NCBI GenBank assembly: GCA_002791805.1
Contig: PFND01000009.1
Span: forward strand, 1-38,227
Origin: Alphaproteobacteria bacterium CG_4_10_14_0_8_um_filter_53_9
GTDB lineage: Bacteria > Pseudomonadota > Alphaproteobacteria > UBA2136 > UBA6156
Reading direction: 5' to 3'
Length of the DNA stretch: 38,227 nucleotides
The stretch's first letter is position 1, and every line of letters starts with the position of its first letter. Below the pieces are notes generated by a model. That model was given only the letters and a program-made list of their open reading frames with translations. It was not told the DNA's origin and made no database searches. The translations under genes and the position numbers were made by a program. Of the stretch, positions 18,501 through 27,183 are shown piece after piece.

Positions 18501-19898
18501 CTACGCAGTAGGCCGTCCCAGCGGATGGTAAACAAGCCCGGCCTCCGTCACATCGGCAGGCACATAAAGGTTGCGCAAATCAATCAAATCTTTGCCGCGC
18601 ATTGTCTCTGCCATATGTGCAAGGTCGAGAGATCTGAAATCGCTCCAGTCCGTCAGCACCACCGTGGCATCCGCACCGGCAAAAAGGCCGTCATCCATAA
18701 CAGAGGCAAAATTAAGGGCACCGGATGTTTTTTCAACAAATCCCCCATCAGCACCCGCCAGCTGGCCCAAAACACCCTCACGGGCTTGGCCAAGAAGCAG
18801 TTCTTTGGCGCGGGGCATGGCTTCGGGGTCAAACGCCACAATGTCGGCACCTTTGGCTTTAAGGGCGGGGATAATGGTCAACGCACTCGCATCGCGCATG
18901 TCATCGGTGTTGGCTTTAAAGGCCAGGCCTAAAATCGCAATGCGCTTGCCGGCCACGTTGCCGCCCAAAGCTTTTTCAATACGGCCCACCATGCTTTCTT
19001 TAATGCGCTGGTTGGCGGCAATGGTTTCTTCTACAAGGCTCAGCACCACACCGTGGTCACGCGCTGTCTTGGCCAACGCATGGGTATCTTTGGGGAAGCA
19101 ACTTCCACCATACCCGGGCCCGGGCTGCAAAAAGCGGGGCGCAATGCGGCTGTCCATCCCCATCCCTTTGCTCACACTCAAAACATCAGCACCCACGGCA
19201 TCGCACAGGGCAATCATTTCGTTAATAAAGGTAATTTTGGTGGCCAAAAAGGCATTGCTTGCATATTTAATCAATTCGCTGCTGGCACGGTTCACCACAA
19301 GCAAGGGGTAGTTCTGGTCGGTAAATGGCTTGTAAAAAGCGCGCATCATGGCTTCAGCGCGGGGCGTTTCCACACCCACAATCACGCGGTCCGGCTTCAT
19401 AAAATCTTCAACCGCTTCACCCTCGCGCAAAAATTCGGGGTTGCTCACCACATCAAAGGCAGCATCAGGGGCAACCTCGCGCATCAAGGCATCCACGCGG
19501 ATACCTGTACCCACAGGCACGGTAGATTTATTTACAATCACCGTATAACCCTGCAAATGGCTGGCAATCTGGCGGGCCGCAGTCTCAACATATTTAAGGT
19601 CGGCACTGCCGTCTTCGTCTTGGGGGGTGCCCACGGCAATAAAAACGGCATCACTGCCCGGTACGCATGTCGCAAGGTCGGTGGTAAAGGCAAGGCGCCC
19701 GGCCATCACATTCTTGTCTACAAGCTCTTTAAGGCCGGGCTCAAAAATAGGAATAATCCCTTCCTGCTCCAGCAATCTGATTTTTTCCGCATCCACATCA
19801 ACGCAGGTCACATGATACCCAAGCTCGGCAAAGCAGGTTCCGCTCACAAGGCCCACATAGCCTGTGCCAATCATGGTAATCTTCCGTGGCGTACTCAT
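18501..19898 (-). CDS. ugd: UDP-glucose 6-dehydrogenase
   Basis: GTGYVG Rossmann motif, SNPEFLREG, GYGGSCFPKD with catalytic Cys, LAFKANTDDMR; AAGGAG SD before MSTPRK. Confidence 0.96.
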   Translation of the reverse strand: MSTPRKITMIGTGYVGLVSGTCFAELGYHVTCVDVDAEKIRLLEQEGIIPIFEPGLKELVDKNVMAGRLAFTTDLATCVPGSDAVFIAVGTPQDEDGSADLKYVETAARQIASHLQGYTVIVNKSTVPVGTGIRVDALMREVAPDAAFDVVSNPEFLREGEAVEDFMKPDRVIVGVETPRAEAMMRAFYKPFTDQNYPLLVVNRASSELIKYASNAFLATKITFINEMIALCDAVGADVLSVSKGMGMDSRIAPRFLQPGPGYGGSCFPKDTHALAKTARDHGVVLSLVEETIAANQRIKESMVGRIEKALGGNVAGKRIAILGLAFKANTDDMRDASALTIIPALKAKGADIVAFDPEAMPRAKELLLGQAREGVLGQLAGADGGFVEKTSGALNFASVMDDGLFAGADATVVLTDWSDFRSLDLAHMAETMRGKDLIDLRNLYVPADVTEAGLVYHPLGRPTA

Positions 19899-20071
19899 AA
19901 CAGTGATAAATCTCCTTAACTCAAGCGCTATAAACCACCCCCCATCAAAAAGCAACCCACGTATACACTTTTTTAAGCGTAAAAATAAAGCCTCACCAGT
20001 GCCCGTGCTCCCTCATCTTCCAAATCTTCTTAACGGGCGTAACCCATAAGCTATTCTTAGTTCTGGTAAAA

Positions 20072-20470
20072 TTATTGCTCTTTCATCAGATACACCATTC
20101 TTTCTTTCTGATACTCAGCAGATTCTTCGTAATAATCGGCTCGCACAGCATCAACAAGGGCAATGCCTTCATGCTGCACACTTTGCGCCGCATGGTAAAC
20201 GCTCTCGCCAAGCGAGTCAGACTGCATCCCTTCAATACGGTAATAATCCCCCATCGCATCGTGGTAAGCACTGCTGATTTTTGCCGTATTTTCAGCAACG
20301 CGCTCATTCATCACCTGCGTGGCAACCGTATCCATTTCATTTTTTATCTCGGCTTTTTTATAATGATACCATACGCTTAAAGAAACAACATAAGCCAAAA
20401 TACAGCACAGAATAAAAGGGAGAGGCTTAATCGGAGCCCCTTCCAAGGTGTTTGTGTATTTCAAAGACAT
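20072..20470 (-). CDS. Hypothetical single-TM protein
   Basis: 132-aa ORF; TAAGGAG SD; one hydrophobic helix. Confidence 0.75.
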   Translation of the reverse strand: MSLKYTNTLEGAPIKPLPFILCCILAYVVSLSVWYHYKKAEIKNEMDTVATQVMNERVAENTAKISSAYHDAMGDYYRIEGMQSDSLGESVYHAAQSVQHEGIALVDAVRADYYEESAEYQKERMVYLMKEQ

Positions 20471-20566
20471 TGTAACGTGCTCCTTAGGGTATAAAAGTTG
20501 CTCTTGAATAGATAGACAGCCTAACCCAAAGCCTCACCTGATCATGTAAGAAAGACAGGGGCAATA

Positions 20567-20583
20567 TATTAAAAAGGTATAAA
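20567..20583 (-). promoter_or_regulatory. KdpE-like box 1
   Basis: Minus strand TTTATA-CCTTT-TTAATA; TAGGCT -10-like hexamer 43 nt downstream. Confidence 0.6.
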
Positions 20584-20609
20584 AAAGCGAATGTCCAAAG
20601 TCTGTCAGG

Positions 20610-21311
20610 CTATACAGCCGTCGTATCAAACATATAGCCAATACCTTGGAGCGTACGAATAAACGGTGGCTCAACGCCATCCTTGCTCAACTTTTTGCGT
20701 AGCTGACCCATATACACGCGCAAATATTGCTGGTTATCCGTATGGGCAGGCCCCCACACCTGCTGGAGCAAATGCCGGTGTGTCAGGGCTTTATTGGCAT
20801 GAGAGGCAAGCTCTTCCAGCAGGCGGAACTCTTTGGGAGAAAGCTCCACCAACTCCCCAGAAAAAGAAACCTCATGCCGGGTAAAATCAATAGAAACATC
20901 TCCTACAGAGAGCGTCGTATCGCCCGCTTTTTGCAAAACAGCGCGGCGCAGCAGGCTCCTCACACGGGCAAGCAGCTCTTCCATGCCAAACGGCTTGGTA
21001 AGGTAGTCATCCGCCCCATTATCAAGGGCCTGGACAATATCCGAGGAGTCCGATCGTACAGAAAGAACAAGGATAGGCTGCTTGTGCCCCGCCTCACGCA
21101 GCTTGCCAATCACTTCCTGGCCGTCCATCATTGGCAGTCCCAAATCGAGAAGAAACAAATCAGGCTTAAGGGCATTGGCAAGGCGAACACCCGCCATACC
21201 GTCTTCCGCTTCATCCACTTTAAAGCCTTCATGGGTCAGGCCAATACGTAAAAATTTCCGAATCTGGCTCTCATCATCAATCACCAGAATACGCGATTTT
21301 ATATCATTCAT
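20610..21311 (-). CDS. kdpE: KdpE-type OmpR-family response regulator
   Basis: VIDDE, LLDLGLP, ALDNGADDYLTKPFG, THRHLLQQVWGP and YLRVYMGQLRKKL; ATGA overlap with kdpD. Confidence 0.9.
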   Translation of the reverse strand: MNDIKSRILVIDDESQIRKFLRIGLTHEGFKVDEAEDGMAGVRLANALKPDLFLLDLGLPMMDGQEVIGKLREAGHKQPILVLSVRSDSSDIVQALDNGADDYLTKPFGMEELLARVRSLLRRAVLQKAGDTTLSVGDVSIDFTRHEVSFSGELVELSPKEFRLLEELASHANKALTHRHLLQQVWGPAHTDNQQYLRVYMGQLRKKLSKDGVEPPFIRTLQGIGYMFDTTAV

Positions 21312-23581
21312 GCAGCGTTCTCCTCATTAAGGTTAAGGGGGGTTTCCGAGGGCAAAGGCAGGGTAATCACAAAGGCCACTCCACCTTTGTTGTCATCGGG
21401 CTGGCGCACGGTAATGGTTCCTTCGTGCGCCATCACAATCCCCCGGCAGATAGAAAGCCCAAGCCCGCTACCAGCCACTGTATGGTCTTCTTTGGCATAG
21501 CGGTGGAACTTATCAAAAATCTTGTCTTCTTGGCCCGCAGGCAGGCCGGGGCCAAAGTCCCTCAGGCTCACAGTCACGTGGCTATGATCTTTAACCACAT
21601 CCAGCTCTAAAGCGCTGTCCGTACCCGCATATTTTACGGCATTGTCATAAAGGTTGTAAAAAACCTGCCCCATCAGTATCGGGTCAATCCGCAAAAGGGG
21701 CATATCATCAGATGAGGGCATGTTCACGACAAGCTTGGGATTATATTTCTTCGCGCGTTTCAAGCTGTCTTCTAAAAGCTCCTTAAGCTCCACAAATTCT
21801 TTTCTAGGCATCAGGTAGCCGCTTTCAAGTTTCGCAACTTCTAAAACATTGTGGATAATATGATGAAGGCGCTCCGCCTCAGATCTTGCAGATGTAATAA
21901 GTTCCTGCCGTTCCTGGGCCGGCAGGCCCATACCCACCTGCTCCAAAGTAGAGAGGCTGCCAATAATGCTCACAAGGGGTGTTTTCAAGTCATGAGATAC
22001 CGAAGAGAGCAGCGCCGAACGAAGCGATTCTCTATCCGCCTGCGCCGTCGCAAGGCTCGTCGCCATCCGCAGTTGGCGCTGTCGCAGCGCCGTCGCAAGC
22101 AAGTCGGCATAGCTCCGGATAAAGACCGTTAAGGGAAGAGAAAGGTTGGATTGAGGCGTAGACGCCACATCAAACTTAATCCCCATAACCCCCAGCACAT
22201 CATCCTTAAACGCCAGGGGGCACCAAAGCCAGGGCTGTTGAGCCGTAGGTTGGCTGACCTTACGCTGCTTCATCGCCTCTTGTATCTGGCGTCTTACGCC
22301 GTCCGTATGAGAAATTTCAGAAGGAAAAACCTGCCAAACCCCCTCCTCTTCAGTCTTCAAAATAATCTGGGCGTCAAAACCAAGGGTTTTTTTCAGGTTA
22401 TAGAGAGCCCCTTCCACAATGTCATCAAGCTTATCCTGATAATTAATATCATAAAGCAAGCGCATAAGTGCCTTAGAGAAAAGACTTTCATAGCTTTTAT
22501 GCAGCACGAGCCTGTTGTTTGTATAGGCAAGGTACCCCACCGAAATCGTGGTCACCATAAACGCTAAAAACGTAAAAAAGTCTGCTGTTTTATCAAAGGA
22601 AAAATGAAAATACGGCGTCATGTAAAAATAATTAAAGGCAGCAAACTGCAAAACAGCAATCAAGCTGCTGGTTATCAGGTTAACCCTAAGGGCTGTAATC
22701 AGGGGCCCCGCAAGCAACAGCATCCCTGCCCCCGCAAAACTAAGGCCATAATAATACCAGGCCATATGCACCGCAATCAGCAACAGGGCATTGATAATAA
22801 GCGCATAAGCCGTCTCTTGATAAAACTGAGCCGATCTCACATCCACCCAAAGTAAAGATTTAGGGGGGTTGGTCTCCGGCACAACCTGACGCGCCACATC
22901 ACCCACATGGCTGGCCACAATGCTCAACATAAACTCTCTCAAACGGGCCAGATTAAGCGTTTTAAAAATAGATTGTTCCTGAGATTTCAAATAAGAAGGC
23001 AAAACAATGCCCTTGGAATAATACTGCTCCATCATGGCTTCAGGCGTCGCATCATACGCCACAAACTCATAAACATTTTTTCTTAAAAAAGCCATGTCGA
23101 TAAGAGATTCCGGCGGCCAGATAATCACCGGGTTGGCCAAATCTCCCATACGGTCTATCGCCAGAAGAGAGAGGGATGTATAAACATGAGTTCCCTGCTC
23201 CAAAAGGGATAAAATATGCGCCAGGCGCTTAAGGTGCTGCGCACGCGAAAGGCCCACCTGCGTCAGTTCCGGAATCACGACATGTCCGGGCTTTCGCTCC
23301 ATCAGTGCCGCAAAAACATCATCATCGTGCAAACCCGTCTTAACTTGGAGAATCTCAATATTATCCTCCTTAAAAAGAGGCATAGCACGGTCTTCACCCT
23401 CCACCAAAACCAGGGCCCCCCTGTCATGTTTAGAGAGTATGCTCTCAACCTCAGCTCCCAAACCTTTAAGTTGTGGGCCAAGGGGCAAAATACCAAAATG
23501 AACTTTCAGGTGGCCTTTAGAGGTCGGCGCATGCCTGTCTTCCAGCTCACCCCCCAAATGTTTTAACAACGTATTTTTCAC
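21308..23581 (-). CDS. kdpD: Degenerate KdpD-like sensor histidine kinase
   Basis: Diverged N-terminal KdpD domain; 4-TM block (FNYFYMTPYFHF); GAF-like region; H-box LLSSVSHDLKTPL; N/G/F boxes (NAVKY, DFGPG, IFDKF, GSGLGL). Confidence 0.88.
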   Translation of the reverse strand: MKNTLLKHLGGELEDRHAPTSKGHLKVHFGILPLGPQLKGLGAEVESILSKHDRGALVLVEGEDRAMPLFKEDNIEILQVKTGLHDDDVFAALMERKPGHVVIPELTQVGLSRAQHLKRLAHILSLLEQGTHVYTSLSLLAIDRMGDLANPVIIWPPESLIDMAFLRKNVYEFVAYDATPEAMMEQYYSKGIVLPSYLKSQEQSIFKTLNLARLREFMLSIVASHVGDVARQVVPETNPPKSLLWVDVRSAQFYQETAYALIINALLLIAVHMAWYYYGLSFAGAGMLLLAGPLITALRVNLITSSLIAVLQFAAFNYFYMTPYFHFSFDKTADFFTFLAFMVTTISVGYLAYTNNRLVLHKSYESLFSKALMRLLYDINYQDKLDDIVEGALYNLKKTLGFDAQIILKTEEEGVWQVFPSEISHTDGVRRQIQEAMKQRKVSQPTAQQPWLWCPLAFKDDVLGVMGIKFDVASTPQSNLSLPLTVFIRSYADLLATALRQRQLRMATSLATAQADRESLRSALLSSVSHDLKTPLVSIIGSLSTLEQVGMGLPAQERQELITSARSEAERLHHIIHNVLEVAKLESGYLMPRKEFVELKELLEDSLKRAKKYNPKLVVNMPSSDDMPLLRIDPILMGQVFYNLYDNAVKYAGTDSALELDVVKDHSHVTVSLRDFGPGLPAGQEDKIFDKFHRYAKEDHTVAGSGLGLSICRGIVMAHEGTITVRQPDDNKGGVAFVITLPLPSETPLNLNEENAA

Positions 23582-23605
23582 AGAAACCTTAAAAATTTTT
23601 TATTA

Positions 23606-23908
23606 TCAGGTAGAGGCATACGCCAGGCAATCACCCGCCAAAGGGAGCGTGCCACCATAAAGAACAGACTGGCTCATTTTAGATTTTCCCGCAAGGCCAC
23701 CCGTCACGTCAGGCACCACATCCTTCACGTCTTCAACGTCTTTAAACGGGTCAATATCAATCTCGTCATCCAACCGTTCATCAAGCGTCTTTTCATCCTC
23801 TTCCTCTGGAGGAAGCCCACTCATCTCATATCCCCAAATATCAAAAGGGGGAGAGAGATTGTCATCCTGCAATGTCGGTACATCTGGCAAAAACAGAGTC
23901 ATCATCAT
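23606..23908 (-). CDS. Small acidic hypothetical protein
   Basis: GGGGAGGGG SD before MMMTLF; 100 aa, Asp/Glu-rich; ends 24 nt before the kdpD start. Confidence 0.6.
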   Translation of the reverse strand: MMMTLFLPDVPTLQDDNLSPPFDIWGYEMSGLPPEEEDEKTLDERLDDEIDIDPFKDVEDVKDVVPDVTGGLAGKSKMSQSVLYGGTLPLAGDCLAYAST

Positions 23909-23927
23909 CCCCTCCCCATCGTAACGG

Positions 23928-24056
23928 TTATTCTCCGGAGCCTTGAATCTGCTCACCGGTCTTTTCCACATCCTGGCCAAATCCTTCAACCGTGTTACCA
24001 CCGCCCACATAAGCCACAGCACCAACAATAATCAACGCAACAACAAGTAATCCCAT
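23928..24056 (-). CDS. Entericidin (EcnA/B)-like small protein
   Basis: Hydrophobic N-terminus then NTVEGFGQDVEKTGEQI; AAGGA SD; 42 aa. Confidence 0.8.
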   Translation of the reverse strand: MGLLVVALIIVGAVAYVGGGNTVEGFGQDVEKTGEQIQGSGE

Positions 24057-24153
24057 CGTCTTTATCCTTTTTTGTTTATAAGCATCTAAGGATGCTGTGA
24101 CGGGACAATAGAAGAAAACCACCTAAAAAATCTCTTCTCTAAATCTACCAGAA

Positions 24154-24170
24154 CATAAAAAAAACATAAA
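24154..24170 (-). promoter_or_regulatory. KdpE-like box 2
   Basis: Minus strand TTTATG-TTTTT-TTTATG; TATTGT 43 nt downstream. Confidence 0.6.
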
Positions 24171-24172
24171 AG

Positions 24173-24197
24173 AAAAGGAGGCCATCAAGCCTCCTTT
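24173..24197 (-). terminator. Terminator after the OmpA-family gene
   Basis: Minus strand AAAGGAGGC-TTGATG-GCCTCCTTTT. Confidence 0.75.
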
Positions 24198-24212
24198 CAA
24201 TAACAACCCAGG

Positions 24213-25097
24213 TTAGTAGGTCGTTTTTTTCATCATCTTGGTTTTTGTTGCTTCCGCATCAATGCCAACCACCACACGGCGGTTAGCTTCAAGGGCCACA
24301 CCATCGGCTGTAGGCACGGCATTACGGGTCTCACCCTCAGATTTCACCTCAATACGGAACTTGGATGCCGGTAACCCAAGGTATTCCGCCACAGCATTCG
24401 CACGGGCACGGGAGAGTTTTTCGTTATACGCCGCACTTCCTGCACGGTCGGTATGTCCGATAATCACAACAGATCCGTCCTCAGCGGTCTCAAGGCGGTT
24501 ACGGATAGCATCCAAAGTCGCCTTCGCCTCATCGCGCAGAGTAGCTTTGTCAAAATCAAAGTAAAGCGTGGCAATGCCTTCAATATTTTTAGTCATCATC
24601 ACTTGCACTTTTTTCGTAACGGGCACAGCCGCAGTCAGCCTGGGCAGCTGGCGCGCCGCGTTGATATAACCGGCTCTACAGTTCGTCATGTTGTGGCTCA
24701 TGTTCATCCCTGTTTCCTGCTGTTCCACCCAGCAATCATAGTACGCAAGAGCCCATGCCATGGCTTGGGGGTATTCATTTTGCGTTCCGGCATTCAGCCA
24801 GGCGTTCAGGCGGGCATGTTCCGCCATAAGGTCAGCTTGGCTACTTCGCACAAAACGCACACTGTCCATACGGGGGTGGGGTACAATATCACCGTAAAGC
24901 GCACGGCGCTCCTGCTCTTCAAGCACCAGAGAATCTTCAATATCAAAGCCCTGGTTCTCGCTTTTGGCCAACATATCGTAGGCATAAGCAAGGGTTTTTC
25001 TAAAAGCGGGGGTACCATCGGCCGCATAGGGGGCAGAAGCAAGCAGCGTAAAGCCGGCAAGCATGGTCATCGTCGTGGTTGTCATGGGGTTATGCAT
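24213..25097 (-). CDS. OmpA-family peptidoglycan-binding protein
   Basis: Signal peptide; YDCWVEQQE helical domain; C-terminal LYFDFDKA...GHTDRAGSAAYNEKLSRARA...NRRV. Confidence 0.92.
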   Translation of the reverse strand: MHNPMTTTTMTMLAGFTLLASAPYAADGTPAFRKTLAYAYDMLAKSENQGFDIEDSLVLEEQERRALYGDIVPHPRMDSVRFVRSSQADLMAEHARLNAWLNAGTQNEYPQAMAWALAYYDCWVEQQETGMNMSHNMTNCRAGYINAARQLPRLTAAVPVTKKVQVMMTKNIEGIATLYFDFDKATLRDEAKATLDAIRNRLETAEDGSVVIIGHTDRAGSAAYNEKLSRARANAVAEYLGLPASKFRIEVKSEGETRNAVPTADGVALEANRRVVVGIDAEATKTKMMKKTTY

Positions 25098-25183
25098 GGC
25101 ATGTCTCCTTATTTGTTCATGTTAGACACCTCATCTTATAAAGACCTTTTATTAAAAAAGATGCGTAAAAAGCGGGGAGGTTT

Positions 25184-25200
25184 TATTAAAAAACCATTAA
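25184..25200 (-). promoter_or_regulatory. KdpE-like box 3
   Basis: Minus strand TTAATG-GTTTT-TTAATA; TATAAG 43 nt downstream. Confidence 0.55.
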
Positions 25201-25246
25201 AAAAGAGGAGGCAAGCCCTCCTCTCCTTCTCTTATATAAGCAGCGC

Positions 25247-25429
25247 TTACGGTCTCCGTATCATCCCAAACACCAGGGCAATAATCGCAAAGATAATCGC
25301 AACCCAGAACAAGAGTTTAGCCCCGGCCATAGCCGTACCGGCAATTCCGCCAAAGCCTAAAAGAGCGCCCACAATGGCAACAATTAAAAAGATGACAGCC
25401 CAATGAAGTAAATTACCAACTTGAAACAT
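25247..25429 (-). CDS. DUF1328 (UPF0391, YtjA-like) small membrane protein
   Basis: LLHWAVIFLIVAIVGALLGFGGIAGTAMAGAKLLFWVAII; AAGGAG SD. Confidence 0.92.
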   Translation of the reverse strand: MFQVGNLLHWAVIFLIVAIVGALLGFGGIAGTAMAGAKLLFWVAIIFAIIALVFGMIRRP

Positions 25430-25522
25430 ATAAAGTCTCCTTACATTCGATGTTATTAAAGTTTATGTGTGCCCGATCAAAATCATTCCTAACCGGCACT
25501 ATAAGCAGGTTGATAGAATTTA

Positions 25523-25559
25523 CATAAAAACGATATAAGTCTCTTATCGCTTTTTTATA
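25523..25559. promoter_or_regulatory. Back-to-back KdpE-like boxes 4 and 5
   Basis: Minus strand CTTATA-TCGTT-TTTATG (25523-25539) faces DUF1328; plus strand CTTATC-GCTTT-TTTATA (25543-25559) faces the 25613 gene. Confidence 0.55.
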
Positions 25560-25612
25560 AAGAAACAGGCTAAATATCCACGTTGTTTAACTCAACCAAG
25601 AAAGGACAACTC

Positions 25613-25855
25613 ATGACAACAGGAAAAAACACAAACCTCATCCTCAGTATTCTTCTAGGTGCCATTGCCGTTATTGGGGTCATTTATGTACTTCAGCAGC
25701 CCCGCACAGTTGACGATCGCATGGATGCCGCCGTCGAGCAACTCCAGCAAGGCAATCTCGGTAACGCTGTAGATAATCTGGATAATCAAACCAATGGTGA
25801 ACAACTTAAGTCGGATATGGAAAATGCCGTCGAAAGCATGGACACCAATCGCTAA
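25613..25855 (+). CDS. Small membrane-anchored hypothetical protein
   Basis: AAAGGA SD before MTTGK; one TM helix then an acidic helical tail. Confidence 0.75.
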   Translation: MTTGKNTNLILSILLGAIAVIGVIYVLQQPRTVDDRMDAAVEQLQQGNLGNAVDNLDNQTNGEQLKSDMENAVESMDTNR

Positions 25856-25871
25856 ACTCAAAGCATGGTAA

Positions 25872-25902
25872 AAAGAAAACCCGCCAAAAAGCGGGTTTCT
25901 TT
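25872..25902. terminator. Bidirectional terminator
   Basis: AAACCCGC-CAAAAA-GCGGGTTT between the convergent 25613 gene and tRNA-Trp. Confidence 0.8.
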
Positions 25903-25925
25903 GTATCGTTTATATGAAAAGTCTA

Positions 25926-26001
25926 TGGCAGGGGAGACAGGACTCGAACCTGCAACCAATGGTTTTGGAGACCACTACTCTACCAATTGAGCCACTCCCC
26001 T
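25926..26001 (-). tRNA. tRNA-Trp(CCA)
   Basis: Reverse complement AGGGGAGTGGCTCAATTGGTAGAGTA-GTGGT-CTCCAAA-ACCAT...GGTTCGAGTCCTGTCTCCCCTGCCA, 76 nt. Confidence 0.97.
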
Positions 26002-26050
26002 ACACAAAAGGTGTCATATCAGAAAAGCCTTTGCACCGTCTAGCTTTTTT

Positions 26051-26656
26051 TTAACCTAAAGAAAGCGCCACAAACCCCAGCACCACAAGTACAGCCACAA
26101 AAGCGGTCATCACCTCAAAGTTTTTCTCAATCATATTGCGGAGAGGGGGGCCACCGTAATAAAGCAACGCCGCCACCAAAAAGTATTTGGCCCCGCGCGC
26201 AACAAGGCTGAGCGCCACAAAAGGCAAAAACGGGTAAACCAGCATGCCGCTCGCCAGCGTGCAAAGCTTGTACGGCAGCGGAGAGAACCCTGCCACCAGA
26301 ATCACCCACGCACCATATTGTTCATAAAGCGCCCGGTATTCCGTAAGTGCAGGGTCAATACCATAAAAGCTCAGCACAGGCACGGCCAGCAATTCCCAGG
26401 CAAAATGCCCAATAGCATAACCAATCATGCCGCCAATCACACTTCCTGCCGTGCATACAGCCGCAAAGCGGAAGGCTTTATCGGGCCGCGCAAAAATCAT
26501 CGGCAGCATCACCACATCAGGCGGAATAGGGAAAAAGCTGCTCTCCGCCACGGCCACGCCAAAAAGGCTCTTTTCAGCATGGGGAGAATTCGCCAAACCC
26601 AGCGTCCATTCATAAAGCTTACGCAGTGGATAGAATATCTTTTTTATCAAGCTCAT
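26051..26656 (-). CDS. yqaA: YqaA/DedA-family membrane protein
   Basis: AESSFFPIPPD, GSVIGGMIGYAIG and GFSPLPYK motifs. Confidence 0.9.
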   Translation of the reverse strand: MSLIKKIFYPLRKLYEWTLGLANSPHAEKSLFGVAVAESSFFPIPPDVVMLPMIFARPDKAFRFAAVCTAGSVIGGMIGYAIGHFAWELLAVPVLSFYGIDPALTEYRALYEQYGAWVILVAGFSPLPYKLCTLASGMLVYPFLPFVALSLVARGAKYFLVAALLYYGGPPLRNMIEKNFEVMTAFVAVLVVLGFVALSLG

Positions 26657-27183
26657 AGTGTATCATTCTCACGTAAAAAGTTAATTAAATCCAGCCATTC
26701 TATCGTATGACCCCAGCTTTCAATCACGCGGGTCATATCGGCGGGAGAAAGGGCAAGGGTCGCATCGTTTTGCAAAGGGTGCGGGTTGACAATATCATGC
26801 TCGAGCACGCCATTGTCCAGCACAAACCGAATCGCCCCCGCTCCCGCATTCACCAAACCCAGCGGCGTCACACTCCCGGGTTTTACTCCCAAAGTCTCCC
26901 ACAAAACATCCTCGCTCGCAAAGCTCAAACGCCCTTTCGCAGCACCTAATCCCTTGGCCAGCTTGTTTAAATCCACACGACGCTCATGCAAACACGTCAC
27001 TAAATAAAGCGCTCCGGCCTTATCTTTTAAAAACAGGTTTTTAATATGCGCACCGGGCAAATGATCTGTCTCGCACGCGGCCTCTTCCACCGTAAAAACA
27101 GGCTTGTGGGTGTGCAGAACATAAGGCACGCCCGCCGCACTCAAAGCCGCCAAAAGCTCGTCTCTGTCGTATCGTCTCGTCAT
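26653..27183 (-). CDS. YbaK/ProX-family aminoacyl-tRNA deacylase
   Basis: HKPVFTVEE, KNLFLKDK, RLSFA, LGVKPGSVTP and HPLQNDAT; ATGA overlaps at both ends. Confidence 0.9.
   Translation of the reverse strand: MTRRYDRDELLAALSAAGVPYVLHTHKPVFTVEEAACETDHLPGAHIKNLFLKDKAGALYLVTCLHERRVDLNKLAKGLGAAKGRLSFASEDVLWETLGVKPGSVTPLGLVNAGAGAIRFVLDNGVLEHDIVNPHPLQNDATLALSPADMTRVIESWGHTIEWLDLINFLRENDTL

Noticed and set aside
19960-25926. Stress/kdpDE cluster as an island integrated at tRNA-Trp
   Set aside because: No integrase and no duplicated tRNA-Trp 3' end seen; the tRNA keeps an adjacent terminator
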